Virus record (IMG/VR): IMGVR_UViG_2595698339_000001
Coordinates: 13,368-77,367 of that record
Reading direction: 5' to 3' (one strand)
Length of the DNA stretch: 64,000 bases
Source: a virus
Taxonomy: Duplodnaviria; Caudoviricetes
Made by a program: the position numbers and the translations under genes. Under the pieces are notes generated by a model. That model did not search any database. It worked only from the letters and a program-made list of their open reading frames with translations, and was not told the origin of the DNA. Positions 1 to 9,408 of this stretch are shown here, one piece after another. Position 1 is the first letter of the stretch. Each line of letters starts with the position of its first letter.

Positions 1-53
1 ACTACCTGGTAGCCACCATCAAGGAGCGCGAGGAAGAGGACCCAAACTCCTAG
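1..53 (+). CDS. tail assembly chaperone, short (G) form, 3' end only
   Basis: Frame ...YLVATIKEREEEDPNS* ends at TAG 51-53, just after a slippery heptamer and upstream of the tape measure gene. Confidence 0.8.
   Translation, partial: YLVATIKEREEEDPNS
41..47 (+). other. programmed -1 ribosomal frameshift site C CCA AAC
   Basis: X XXY YYZ heptamer in frame just before the stop; the -1 frame is open from 41 to 463 and contains the ORF-track ORF 185..463. Confidence 0.8.
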
Positions 54-463
54 AGGCGGTTCGACTCCTTCGGGAGTACGCCGCCGAGATTGAGGTCGAC
101 CTCGCCCTCAAGAACATCGACATCTTCGACTGGTACAACTTCACCAAGCGCAAGGACGGCGCCCCCAAGCTGTCGTCCCGGCGCTTGCTCAACATCGTGT
201 ACGGGGGACTGGACGATAAGTCCGTCACCAAGACCGCGATGCGTGAAGGCGACTGGTCCCCGGATGAGTACGCACAGGCCGCCACGGTCAACGAGTTGCG
301 TCTACTCCGTGCCGATCAGGCCGCCATCAGTGGTCGATCCTTCGATGTCAACCTGATGAAGTCCCCCGCCCAACTCAAGGCGGAGATGGAAGAGAGTCAG
401 GTCAAATCCCGCATCCAAGAGCGGATTTCAAAACAACTGAATAAAGGACGGCGTAGTGGCTGA
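41..463 (+). CDS. tail assembly chaperone, frameshifted (GT) extension
   Basis: Open -1 frame PKLLEAVRLLREYAAEIEVDL...RRSG*, overlapping the tape measure start. Confidence 0.8.
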   Translation, partial: PKLLEAVRLLREYAAEIEVDLALKNIDIFDWYNFTKRKDGAPKLSSRRLLNIVYGGLDDKSVTKTAMREGDWSPDEYAQAATVNELRLLRADQAAISGRSFDVNLMKSPAQLKAEMEESQVKSRIQERISKQLNKGRRSG

Positions 464-3400
464 AAAGGGAATCTTCCTTGACATCCTGCCTCGGTTCGAC
501 ATGGCAGCGACGTCCGCCCTTCTGCAGAAGGTGCAGGGCATCTTCGGCAAGGCGGGCAAGGAAGTCGGTGTCAAGTTCGGCACCGAAGCAGAAACGGCGC
601 TACGCCGCTACCAGGCTGAGCTGACGCGGGCTGAGAACCGCGCATCGCAGTCCTACTACCGCATGCGCAAGGCGCAGGGTGAGCTTCAGGTCGCCGAGGC
701 GCGGGCCAATGAGCTGCGCGCCAAGAACATCGAGGCCACCTCCGCCCGCATGATCGCCGCGGAGAACCGCATCGCCGACGCCAAGCGCAAGCAGGCGGCC
801 GAGGCGAAAATCTACGCCGCCCGCGAGGCGGAGGCGAACGCCGCGCGCGCCGCCTCCGCCGAGCAGGGCGCGCTGGTGGCCGGTGCTGGCGCGAGCAAGG
901 TGAAGTCGATCCTCAACGGGGTCGGCATCGCCGCCACCGCCACCACGGCCGCAGTCGCCTTCGGCACCGGCAAGCTGGCTGGCGAGTTCGAGTCGACGGG
1001 TGAGCGCATCAAGGTCGCCACCCGTATGCCGATAGAGGAGCTCAAGAAGCTCCAGGACGGCCTGCTTCAGCTCGGCCCCACGGTGGGTTACACCGCCTCG
1101 GAGTTGCAGGAAGCCTCGTACACGGTCTCGAAGGCCGGTTTCCGTGACGCCGCGGACGCCCTGGCCATCTTGAAGGCTGGCGCCCAGCTGGCCCGTACCG
1201 AGGGCGTGGGCCTGGAAGAGGCCATGAACGGTCTGACCACCACCCTGGTCGACTTCCACATCCCCGCCTCGCAGGTCGCCGACGTCGCCTCGCAGTTCCA
1301 GTACGCCTTCGGTAACGCCAAGGCGCCCATCGACCAGCTCATGGGCTCTCTGCACAACATCGAGCCGGTGATGAAGACCTTCGCTGGCGACTCGGGAGAC
1401 CCCAAGTCGTTCGTCGCGCAGGTCGGCACCATGCTCGCGCAGATGACCCAGACGGGTGCGTCTGCTGACCAGTCGTCGCAGAACATCCGAAACATGTTGC
1501 TGCACTTGGTGTCTGCCAACGGCCCGCAGCGTGAAATCGCCGGTCTGCTCGGTGTCGACATGGACGCGCTGTCCAAGCAGCTGAAGGACCCCAACGTCGG
1601 CCCGCTGGGCGTCATGAAGCAGATCAACGACGCCATCAAGAAGGACATGGGACCTGACGGCAACGTCATCCTCCCGGCCATGTACGAGAGTTCCCAGCTC
1701 GCGGAAAACATGGCGTTCACCTACCAGCAGCTAACCGCCGAGGGTAAGGCGTTCGCCGACGCCATCCAGAACGGCACCCTGTCCGCCAAGGACATGAAGA
1801 ACCTACGTCTTCAGGAGAAGCTAGAACCAGCCCTCAAGGACTGGGATGCGATGCACCAGAAGATCAACAGCATCAACCCCATCCTGAAGAAGAACCAGGA
1901 TCAGGTCCAGACCTACGCCTCGCTCGTCAAGAAGATCACCGGCACCGACCAGGGCATGACCGTGTTCTCGTCACTGTTCGGCGACGACAAGACGACCGCG
2001 AAGACGATGGAGCTCTGGAAGACCGCGCGCGAGGCTCACGCAGACGCCAACGGCGACGTCGAGCACGCCTCGGAGGTCATGGACACCTACCGGGCGAAGT
2101 TGGACGCCACGCACTCTGCGATGCACTCCTTGGGTATCCAGATGGGCGAGACCTTCCTGCCTTACATCAAGGGCATGGCTGACGGCCTCCGCAACGTCGC
2201 ACAGTGGCTCGGTGAGCACCAGACCCTGACGAAGGCTCTCATCACGACTGTGGGGAGCCTGGCGGCCGCGTGGGTCACCGTGAAGATCGCCGTGGCCGCG
2301 GTCAAGACTGTCGAGGCCATCGCTGGCGCCGTCTCGTTCATTCGGGGTGTCGCCATCCCCGCGGTCCAGATGCTGGCCTCCGCGTATCTGGGCATCGTCC
2401 CGGCTGCTGGCAAGGGCGCCGCCGCTGTCACCGCATCCGCCGCGACGCAGACTGCCGCCCTCGGTGGCGTCACCACCGCGGCGCGCACAGCCGCCACGGC
2501 TGTGTCGGGTATCGGCTTCGCGGCCCTGGCGGCCATCCCGTCGCTCATCGCGCTGTCCTCGGCCATCTTCATGGCGGAGCAGGCCAAGCAGAACGGCCAC
2601 GCCTTCGGCGGAAATCCCAACGACCCGAACAAGCACCGCGAGTACACGGTGGACCAGGCGCAGGGCTACCAGCTCCCCGAGGGCATCCCCGCGGCCGGAT
2701 CGACGGAAGCCGAGCAGGCCATCTCCGCTGCGGCGGTGGGTGGCGACGAGGGCGCCAAGTGGGTTGCCTCGGCCACCTCCAAGGGTGACCAGGCCATGCG
2801 CTACGGCTGGCTGATGACCCATGGTGGTCTCGGCGTGGTGGCGTTCCAGCCCCCCACGGACTACTCGGCGCCGCGCCCCGGCAACTGGAACTCCCAGATG
2901 GCGGGTGGCGGCAACGGTCCCCACGGCGGCCGTGGTATGCAGCTTGCCGACGAGCGCTACAAGCCCCCGGCGTCCCCGGTCGACCTGCAACTGCAGGCCG
3001 CGATGGAGGCGGCGGGCATCAGCCCGGACACCCTCGAGGGTCTCACTGGTGCTGGCGACGGCGCTCCGAGTACCGGCCTGTTCCCGGGTATGACGGGCGG
3101 TGGCAGCGATGGCACCGTCAAGCTGCCTGACGCTCCGGTCCTGCCTGTCGACACGTCGGTGCCTGGCGGCATCCCCGGCATGCCCGAGGACCCCTCGGTG
3201 TACTCCGCGGAGTCGAGCTACATCAACGACCGGCACAAGCTGGCCGAGAAGCGTGCTCGCGTAACGCAATTGGAGCAGTCGGGTGTCGCCACCGAGGATG
3301 ACATCCAGAAGGCCAAGAACGAAGCGCTCGACGCTGAGCGTGACTTCCACCAGGCTGAGCTGCGCCTCAACGAGGCCCGCAAGGACCAGTACGAGAAGTT

Positions 3401-5192
3401 CACCAAGGACGCGCAGAAGTTCGGCAAGGACTTCGACCTCGACAAGAGCACCAACGGTGCCGGTGGTTTCTGGGCTCAGATGGGCCAGAAGATCGCGGGC
3501 GCGTTCTCCGAAATCCTGTTCGGCGGCCTGCTTGGTCCACTGATCAAGTCCAAGTTCGCCGAGCTTGACGATCAGAACGTGCCGTACTTCGGCATGAACA
3601 TGAACGGCGGCTACCGCGGCGGATATGGCGGCGGATACCTCCCGTACCTCAACTACGGCGGATACCCCGGCGATGACGCGCTCCTGTCGCGCGTGCCCGC
3701 GGGTAAGTACACACAGGAGCAGCGCGGCGACCTCACCCAAGGTCTCGCCGACTGCTCCAGCGCTGTCGAGGATCTCGTCAACATCATGGACGGTCGACCC
3801 ACGGGTGGCGCCAACATGTGGACAGGCAACGCGGACCAGTGGCTCACTGAGCACGGCTTCGTCAAGGGTATGGGCGGCCCCGGTGATTTCCGGGTCGGCT
3901 TCAACTCCAGTCACATGCAGGCCACGCTGCCTGGCGGCACGCCGTTCAACTGGGGTAGCGATGCTGCCGCGGCTCGCCGCGGTATCGGCGGCACGGGCGC
4001 GGACGATCCCGCGTTCACATCGCACTACTACCGGCCCGCGGGCGGAACCATCCCGCTCTCACCCGCAGCCCCCGACTACGCCTCGACGGTTCGCCAGTCG
4101 ACGGCCGCGGTCAAGGAGCACAACACCGAGGTTGCCAAGGGTCAGGAGCAGGGCGAGAACCTCATGGAGGTTCCGCAGCCCACGCAGGCCGACATCAACG
4201 CGGCGGCCGCGCAAGGCACCGGCCTCACCAACCCGGGCGCCCCGGCGTTCACTCTGGAAGACCTCCAGAAGGAGTTTGCTGGCGGCGGCGGTGGCGAGGG
4301 TCCGATCTTCAAGCGGTCCCCGCAGGTGAGTGCCGAGGGCGGCACTGGTGGGCCACCGCAGCCCATGCGGCCACTCCCGCTGATCACGCACACGCCTGAC
4401 GCCACGGGCCAGTACGGCTCGGGCAATGCCTCACGTCAGCGCCGCGGTCTTCCGATTGTCCCGCCCGCGGGCATGGGCATCGGCATCCCCGGCATCGGCA
4501 CCCCCGGCCAGGCACCGGGTCAGGTCGGCCCGTTCCCCACGCCCAACGGAATCAACGGTCCTACTCTCCCTGGCGGTCCTGGAGCGCCTCCTGGCGCACC
4601 CCCGGGTGTACCGGGCGGGCAGACTCCGAAACCGCCTCCAGGAGCTTCAGGAGCGGCAACTCCGGGCGCGGCACGGCCGCAGTCCTCGACTGGCGGTCAG
4701 CAGCCTTCCGGTTCGTCCGGTGGCGGTGGCGGTCTCGGGTTCACCCCCGGTGGCGCCATCGACATGGCAGGCCAGGCGGCGGCCGCGGCGGCAAACGCCT
4801 TCGCACCCGGATCGGGCATCGCTGTCCAGAAGGGCATGGAGGTCGCCAACCGGGCCATGAAGTTCGGTGGCCAGCTGATCGGTATCGGCGCCGAGGGTCT
4901 CATGGAGACCTTCCTGCTGAACGACTCACCGCTAGCGGACCCGTCCAAGTCGTGGTTCGGCAAGGTCGCCATGGGTATCGGCAACATCAAGCCCGCGGGG
5001 GAGAACACCGCTGGCAAGACGACGCCACCCCTGAAGCCCGAGGAGAACCCTCAGCAGCATCAGGGCAACGGGCAGCCGCCTGGACCTCTCGTCAACATCG
5101 AGCAGCAGAACATCGCCAAGGGCGACGGCGGCGAGGCCGCGCGTGACACCGCACGCACGTTCAACCAGTACCAGGGAGGGGGAGCCCGATAA
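456..5192 (+). CDS. tape measure protein
   Basis: 1578 aa, Ala/Gly-rich helical protein after the chaperone genes; internal DCSS...SHMQATL peptidase-like motif. Confidence 0.95.
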   Translation: MAEKGIFLDILPRFDMAATSALLQKVQGIFGKAGKEVGVKFGTEAETALRRYQAELTRAENRASQSYYRMRKAQGELQVAEARANELRAKNIEATSARMIAAENRIADAKRKQAAEAKIYAAREAEANAARAASAEQGALVAGAGASKVKSILNGVGIAATATTAAVAFGTGKLAGEFESTGERIKVATRMPIEELKKLQDGLLQLGPTVGYTASELQEASYTVSKAGFRDAADALAILKAGAQLARTEGVGLEEAMNGLTTTLVDFHIPASQVADVASQFQYAFGNAKAPIDQLMGSLHNIEPVMKTFAGDSGDPKSFVAQVGTMLAQMTQTGASADQSSQNIRNMLLHLVSANGPQREIAGLLGVDMDALSKQLKDPNVGPLGVMKQINDAIKKDMGPDGNVILPAMYESSQLAENMAFTYQQLTAEGKAFADAIQNGTLSAKDMKNLRLQEKLEPALKDWDAMHQKINSINPILKKNQDQVQTYASLVKKITGTDQGMTVFSSLFGDDKTTAKTMELWKTAREAHADANGDVEHASEVMDTYRAKLDATHSAMHSLGIQMGETFLPYIKGMADGLRNVAQWLGEHQTLTKALITTVGSLAAAWVTVKIAVAAVKTVEAIAGAVSFIRGVAIPAVQMLASAYLGIVPAAGKGAAAVTASAATQTAALGGVTTAARTAATAVSGIGFAALAAIPSLIALSSAIFMAEQAKQNGHAFGGNPNDPNKHREYTVDQAQGYQLPEGIPAAGSTEAEQAISAAAVGGDEGAKWVASATSKGDQAMRYGWLMTHGGLGVVAFQPPTDYSAPRPGNWNSQMAGGGNGPHGGRGMQLADERYKPPASPVDLQLQAAMEAAGISPDTLEGLTGAGDGAPSTGLFPGMTGGGSDGTVKLPDAPVLPVDTSVPGGIPGMPEDPSVYSAESSYINDRHKLAEKRARVTQLEQSGVATEDDIQKAKNEALDAERDFHQAELRLNEARKDQYEKFTKDAQKFGKDFDLDKSTNGAGGFWAQMGQKIAGAFSEILFGGLLGPLIKSKFAELDDQNVPYFGMNMNGGYRGGYGGGYLPYLNYGGYPGDDALLSRVPAGKYTQEQRGDLTQGLADCSSAVEDLVNIMDGRPTGGANMWTGNADQWLTEHGFVKGMGGPGDFRVGFNSSHMQATLPGGTPFNWGSDAAAARRGIGGTGADDPAFTSHYYRPAGGTIPLSPAAPDYASTVRQSTAAVKEHNTEVAKGQEQGENLMEVPQPTQADINAAAAQGTGLTNPGAPAFTLEDLQKEFAGGGGGEGPIFKRSPQVSAEGGTGGPPQPMRPLPLITHTPDATGQYGSGNASRQRRGLPIVPPAGMGIGIPGIGTPGQAPGQVGPFPTPNGINGPTLPGGPGAPPGAPPGVPGGQTPKPPPGASGAATPGAARPQSSTGGQQPSGSSGGGGGLGFTPGGAIDMAGQAAAAAANAFAPGSGIAVQKGMEVANRAMKFGGQLIGIGAEGLMETFLLNDSPLADPSKSWFGKVAMGIGNIKPAGENTAGKTTPPLKPEENPQQHQGNGQPPGPLVNIEQQNIAKGDGGEAARDTARTFNQYQGGGAR

Positions 5193-5221
5193 CCACCCAT
5201 CCCGAGGGTGAAGTCAGCCTC

Positions 5222-6883
5222 ATGGGGGCGGAGCTGGCGAAGGAATACATCGACGCATGGATTTCCTACGTCAGCCCAGCCGGTCAGGTGTTCTACCTGG
5301 CCGGTCCCCAGGCTCCCGTCGCGGGAGCGCAGAACGGCTTTGTCCTCCAAGAGATTCGGGGCGTTCAAGCCCCTATCACCCACCTGACGAGCAAGGGTGC
5401 TCGCCAAGACGGCGACACCTGGAACGACTCCATCTATGAATCCGCCGAGCTCGACTTCACTGTTGAGGCATCCGGCGTCACCACCCAGGACACCCGACGC
5501 GAGGTTCGCAGCTGGGTGGACGCCTGGAGCCCCAAGAAGCTGGGCAAGTTCTCCTGGTTCACCCCGGAGAACGGTGAGTGGTGGATGGATGTCCGCCAGC
5601 ACAAGAACGTGCCGGATGTCCTCTCCCACGTCCGCAGCAAGCGTCAGGTCTTCACCTGGACCGCGGTCAACAACGACGCCTTCTGGAAGTCCTTCGACTC
5701 GGTCAGCGCCTTCGGTATGACCTACGAGGACGAGACCGACGAGTTCGACCGGGTCGACCACACCGGCCTGGGCGACGGGTACATCCAGACCTACACGGGC
5801 GACGAGGACGCAGGCGTCTGCGGCACCGATGGCACCGTAATGCGTTGGTACCCGGGAAGTTCCAAGGGCACCCGCTACGTGCATAACCTGTTCATCGCGG
5901 ACAAGCCCTCCTCCGACAACGTCATCGTCTCCTTCACCTACAGCGGTATCCAGCGCTTCCCGTTCCCCGCACCCGCGGTCAACGAGCTCTGGGCGCGCTG
6001 CGGCGTGGTCGATGACGGCGAGGGTGGGCAAGCCTGGGACGGCAGCGGCATCCGTATGCAGCTGGTCGGCCAGAACGTCTCCATCTCGGTCTTCAAGGAC
6101 CACGAGATGATCCACACATGGATCAGGCCGTTGCTGATCGCCCCGCTGTGGGGTGAGAAGTGGACGCTGGTGTGCGGCTCCGCCAAGAACGGCCGCCAGT
6201 ACCGCGTGCTGCGCGGTGACCCCGGCTTCGAGGTGCTGTCCTACACCGAGCCCAAGACCGAGTCCTACATGGACGAAGACCATCGCTACACCGGGCACGG
6301 CATGAAGGCCACCGCGGGCCTGCTCAACACGCAGGTGCTCCCCGCGGAAATCCACCGCTTCTCCTTCGCCGACAACCTCCAGGCCGGTCAGTCCGGGCAC
6401 TTGGCGCTGTCGAACCGCGGAGACCAGGACGGGTGGCCGCGCTACCTCTGCTACGGACCCGGCACCTTCAAGTTCAGCAATGGACCCGGCGCCGAGCCCA
6501 CGATCACGTTCGGACCCCTCCTGGAGGGCCAGGTCGTCATGCTCACCACGCTGCCCCGGCTGCGCTCGGTGATCGACTTGTCGCCCAATCAGCCCACAGA
6601 GCAACAGCTCTCGGCATTCCAGGACCTCATCAAGGACCTGATCAGCTTCGCCACGAACAACAACGTCCCGCCGCTCCTGCAGCAGTTTGAAAGCTGGTTC
6701 GGCATCCTGCCCCCGCAAGGCAACCTGTACGAGCTCCTGGATGGGAGGTTCACCGTGCCAATCCCGCCGAAGCCGGAAGACGGCCCGCCTGAGACCTCGT
6801 TCATCTCGGTGTCCATCTCAGGCGCGACCATCGACAGCAAGGTGGTCGCCGCCCTAACTCCGCTGCGAAAGTGGCCCGAGTAG
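5222..6883 (+). CDS. minor tail protein (distal tail-like)
   Basis: 553 aa directly after the tape measure; GARQDG..W and W..V motifs typical of mycobacteriophage post-TMP proteins. Confidence 0.85.
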   Translation: MGAELAKEYIDAWISYVSPAGQVFYLAGPQAPVAGAQNGFVLQEIRGVQAPITHLTSKGARQDGDTWNDSIYESAELDFTVEASGVTTQDTRREVRSWVDAWSPKKLGKFSWFTPENGEWWMDVRQHKNVPDVLSHVRSKRQVFTWTAVNNDAFWKSFDSVSAFGMTYEDETDEFDRVDHTGLGDGYIQTYTGDEDAGVCGTDGTVMRWYPGSSKGTRYVHNLFIADKPSSDNVIVSFTYSGIQRFPFPAPAVNELWARCGVVDDGEGGQAWDGSGIRMQLVGQNVSISVFKDHEMIHTWIRPLLIAPLWGEKWTLVCGSAKNGRQYRVLRGDPGFEVLSYTEPKTESYMDEDHRYTGHGMKATAGLLNTQVLPAEIHRFSFADNLQAGQSGHLALSNRGDQDGWPRYLCYGPGTFKFSNGPGAEPTITFGPLLEGQVVMLTTLPRLRSVIDLSPNQPTEQQLSAFQDLIKDLISFATNNNVPPLLQQFESWFGILPPQGNLYELLDGRFTVPIPPKPEDGPPETSFISVSISGATIDSKVVAALTPLRKWPE

Positions 6884-8550
6884 GGTACGAAGACCCGGCA
6901 AATCTCCACGCACGCCTCCGCGCAGACCCGTACAACGCAGCAACCGCCGCACAAATGGCGGCGCTGGCGCAGATCAATCCGCCAGATGACACTGTCGTCA
7001 CCTTCTATGGGAAGACGTACGGGATCGCGGGGGTGTCCTCGGACTACATCGAGGTCACCGCGGAGTTCCCACGCAATGCGGTAGAGACCGCGACAATCGT
7101 CCTCAAGCACTCGGACCCCATGGTCCCGCACGTCATGAAGTGCTACGAAGAGGTTGTCCCGGTCACTATCGAAATCGGGGCCATGCGATGGTCCGGTCGG
7201 GTCGACACATTCGATTATGCAATGAAGGACGGTGAATACACCGTCACACTCCAGTGCGTAGGCGACTACAACTGGTTTAACAAGATTCTCGTTTGGCCGA
7301 ACTGGCTATTGCCAATTCAGGTACAAATTCCCTCACGGGCCGTGTTTATCGGTCCCGCCATCACTTGCCTCAAAACTATGATTGGCGAACAGTGCCTACG
7401 CCTGCAATTGGGCATGTGGGAACTGGTCAACAATCTCGGCTCTGGAAACCTCGACTGGCAAGCCTGGTTCGGCACCGCGCTGATGAGCGACGGCAATCCG
7501 CTGGACACGCTCATGACGCCCATTGTGGTGGTCCCCACTAATCCGCTATTCGACACATCCCCGTGGATTTCGATTAACGGCCGAATGGACAGCGTCGCCA
7601 CTCTGGCGGAGCAGACCCTAAAGGACCTCGGTCTGCATCTCACGGCCAGCCTGTGGCTCCCTGGCGACCCCCAGCCCAAGGGCCTCCTGTTCCCGCTGAA
7701 GAAGGCGACCATCGTCGTGGACGTGGTCGACCGCAGCGGCGTCACGGGTCCTACCGGCACGTTCATCGACGGTCTGATCAAGGACGTCGTGGACTTGCAG
7801 GAGAGCGTCCTGGGCAAGGTGCTGGCGCCGTTCCTCAACCCCGGCAATGCCTACGCCCCCGAGGGTGTGAACATCGCCCCGACTCTTGGCGTGAACTTCG
7901 TGAAGCCATGGGCGCTATTCGTTGACCACCCGCGCGGTGGCCTCACCGAATTCCACCTAAATGGCCATCACCCATTGGCTCATACCATTATCGGTGGCGG
8001 TAAATCACCTAAGTGGCTAAATGATTTGATAAATGCGACAATGTCCTTTTTTGTCGACATTATTCAAATTGTTATTGGCATAACCGGCGTTCCAAGCGGC
8101 ATTTTCGATGGCACATTCGATGACATTCTGCTGGCCTTCCAGCTGATCGAGAACTTCGACCGTCGCAAGAAACTCGGACCCTTCGGGTACCCCGAGTATT
8201 TCGTGCAGACCGGCGCCTCCGCATACACCTTGGACGAATGGTTCGCCCTTCGCTCGGGCATGTGGGACACGCGCGGTTATCACAGCGTCCAGCTCACCTT
8301 CGAGAATGGCTACCCGTACACCATCGGGAAGGACCTCTTCGTCGGCGGCCTGGCGTCCTTTGCGATGCTCGACAAGCTCTACACCGACTACGTCGAGAAG
8401 GTCGTCTTCAAGGACAGCGCGAGCGCGCGCAACCAAGTCCAAGTGTTCATCGGCGATGGCAAGGCGCAGGAATCCCCTGTGGCCAAGTTGCAGCGCCGCA
8501 TCACCGGCTTCCAGGAATTCGTGCAAATCGTCACGATGAGCAACCACTAA
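6871..8550 (+). CDS. minor tail protein
   Basis: 559 aa; RWSGRV, WLPGDPQP, GGKSPKWLN and DILLAFQ motifs of the conserved second mycobacteriophage minor tail protein. Confidence 0.88.
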   Translation: MARVGYEDPANLHARLRADPYNAATAAQMAALAQINPPDDTVVTFYGKTYGIAGVSSDYIEVTAEFPRNAVETATIVLKHSDPMVPHVMKCYEEVVPVTIEIGAMRWSGRVDTFDYAMKDGEYTVTLQCVGDYNWFNKILVWPNWLLPIQVQIPSRAVFIGPAITCLKTMIGEQCLRLQLGMWELVNNLGSGNLDWQAWFGTALMSDGNPLDTLMTPIVVVPTNPLFDTSPWISINGRMDSVATLAEQTLKDLGLHLTASLWLPGDPQPKGLLFPLKKATIVVDVVDRSGVTGPTGTFIDGLIKDVVDLQESVLGKVLAPFLNPGNAYAPEGVNIAPTLGVNFVKPWALFVDHPRGGLTEFHLNGHHPLAHTIIGGGKSPKWLNDLINATMSFFVDIIQIVIGITGVPSGIFDGTFDDILLAFQLIENFDRRKKLGPFGYPEYFVQTGASAYTLDEWFALRSGMWDTRGYHSVQLTFENGYPYTIGKDLFVGGLASFAMLDKLYTDYVEKVVFKDSASARNQVQVFIGDGKAQESPVAKLQRRITGFQEFVQIVTMSNH

Positions 8551-8558
8551 GGAATCAG

Positions 8559-9392
8559 TTGTCTATCTCAATGGACGGCAACGACCTGATCTGGGACGGG
8601 GAAGTTCGCATCACGAACTTCACCCGTTCCGAGACGGGTGTTGTCACTCTCGTGCTCACTCCGCGTGGCGGCGTGGGCGCCCTGCCCGTCATGGCGCAGG
8701 GTGAGCCCGGTAAGCCCCCGGTGATCGACAGCGTCGAGGTCGGTGAAATCCCCCACGGCGAGGACCTCCCCGACGTCGAGTGGACGCTGGTGACCCCGGC
8801 CGCGGACGGCAACCCTCCGCACTACACCCTGAAGTTCTACGTCCACGCGGGTGAGAAGGGTGAGAACGGCGACAACGCCACCATCATCGGCGCCTCGGAC
8901 GTATCGGGAACTCCCGCAGACGGATTCATCCTCCAGTACGACGAGGCCACCCAGAAGATGGTCTGGGTCGCCAGCCGCATCAACGGCCTGTACGTGCCCA
9001 CTTCCTTCTCCACGGACACCGCGGGCAGCGCCGCGCGCAAGCAGATCGCCTACGTCCGCATCCCCGGCACCGACCAGCCCAAGGAGTGGCGCCCCCTGGT
9101 GTGGGCACAGACCCAGAACACCGGCACGGCCGCCACTCGGGTGAACCTCGAGTGTCGCATTGACGACCCCACCACGGGGCCTGTCGTGGGCCGCTACTAC
9201 GGCATCGCCGGGGCGACCCCGCCTCCGATGATCCTCATCCCCGCGTTCGACAGCGCCACCACCAAGGTCACCAAGAGCTCCACCTACACGGACATCTTCC
9301 TGGTGGCCGTTCAGGTGGAACCCGTTGGCGACAACTGGGTTTGGAACCCGGAGCGCACCACATTCACGGTCAAAGTCGACCAGATCAAATAA
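8559..9392 (+). CDS. minor tail protein
   Basis: Start re-set to TTG 8559 after AAGGAA (ATG 8571 is an alternative); short collagen-like GEPGKPP and GEKGENGD segments. Confidence 0.8.
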   Translation: MSISMDGNDLIWDGEVRITNFTRSETGVVTLVLTPRGGVGALPVMAQGEPGKPPVIDSVEVGEIPHGEDLPDVEWTLVTPAADGNPPHYTLKFYVHAGEKGENGDNATIIGASDVSGTPADGFILQYDEATQKMVWVASRINGLYVPTSFSTDTAGSAARKQIAYVRIPGTDQPKEWRPLVWAQTQNTGTAATRVNLECRIDDPTTGPVVGRYYGIAGATPPPMILIPAFDSATTKVTKSSTYTDIFLVAVQVEPVGDNWVWNPERTTFTVKVDQIK

Positions 9393-9408
9393 CTGAACAG
9401 GGGGAGTC

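Noticed and set aside
600-6718. Long antisense ORFs (e.g. 1971..4025, 5060..6718) and similar ones throughout
   Set aside because: Shadow frames of GC3-rich genes with no motifs or RBS
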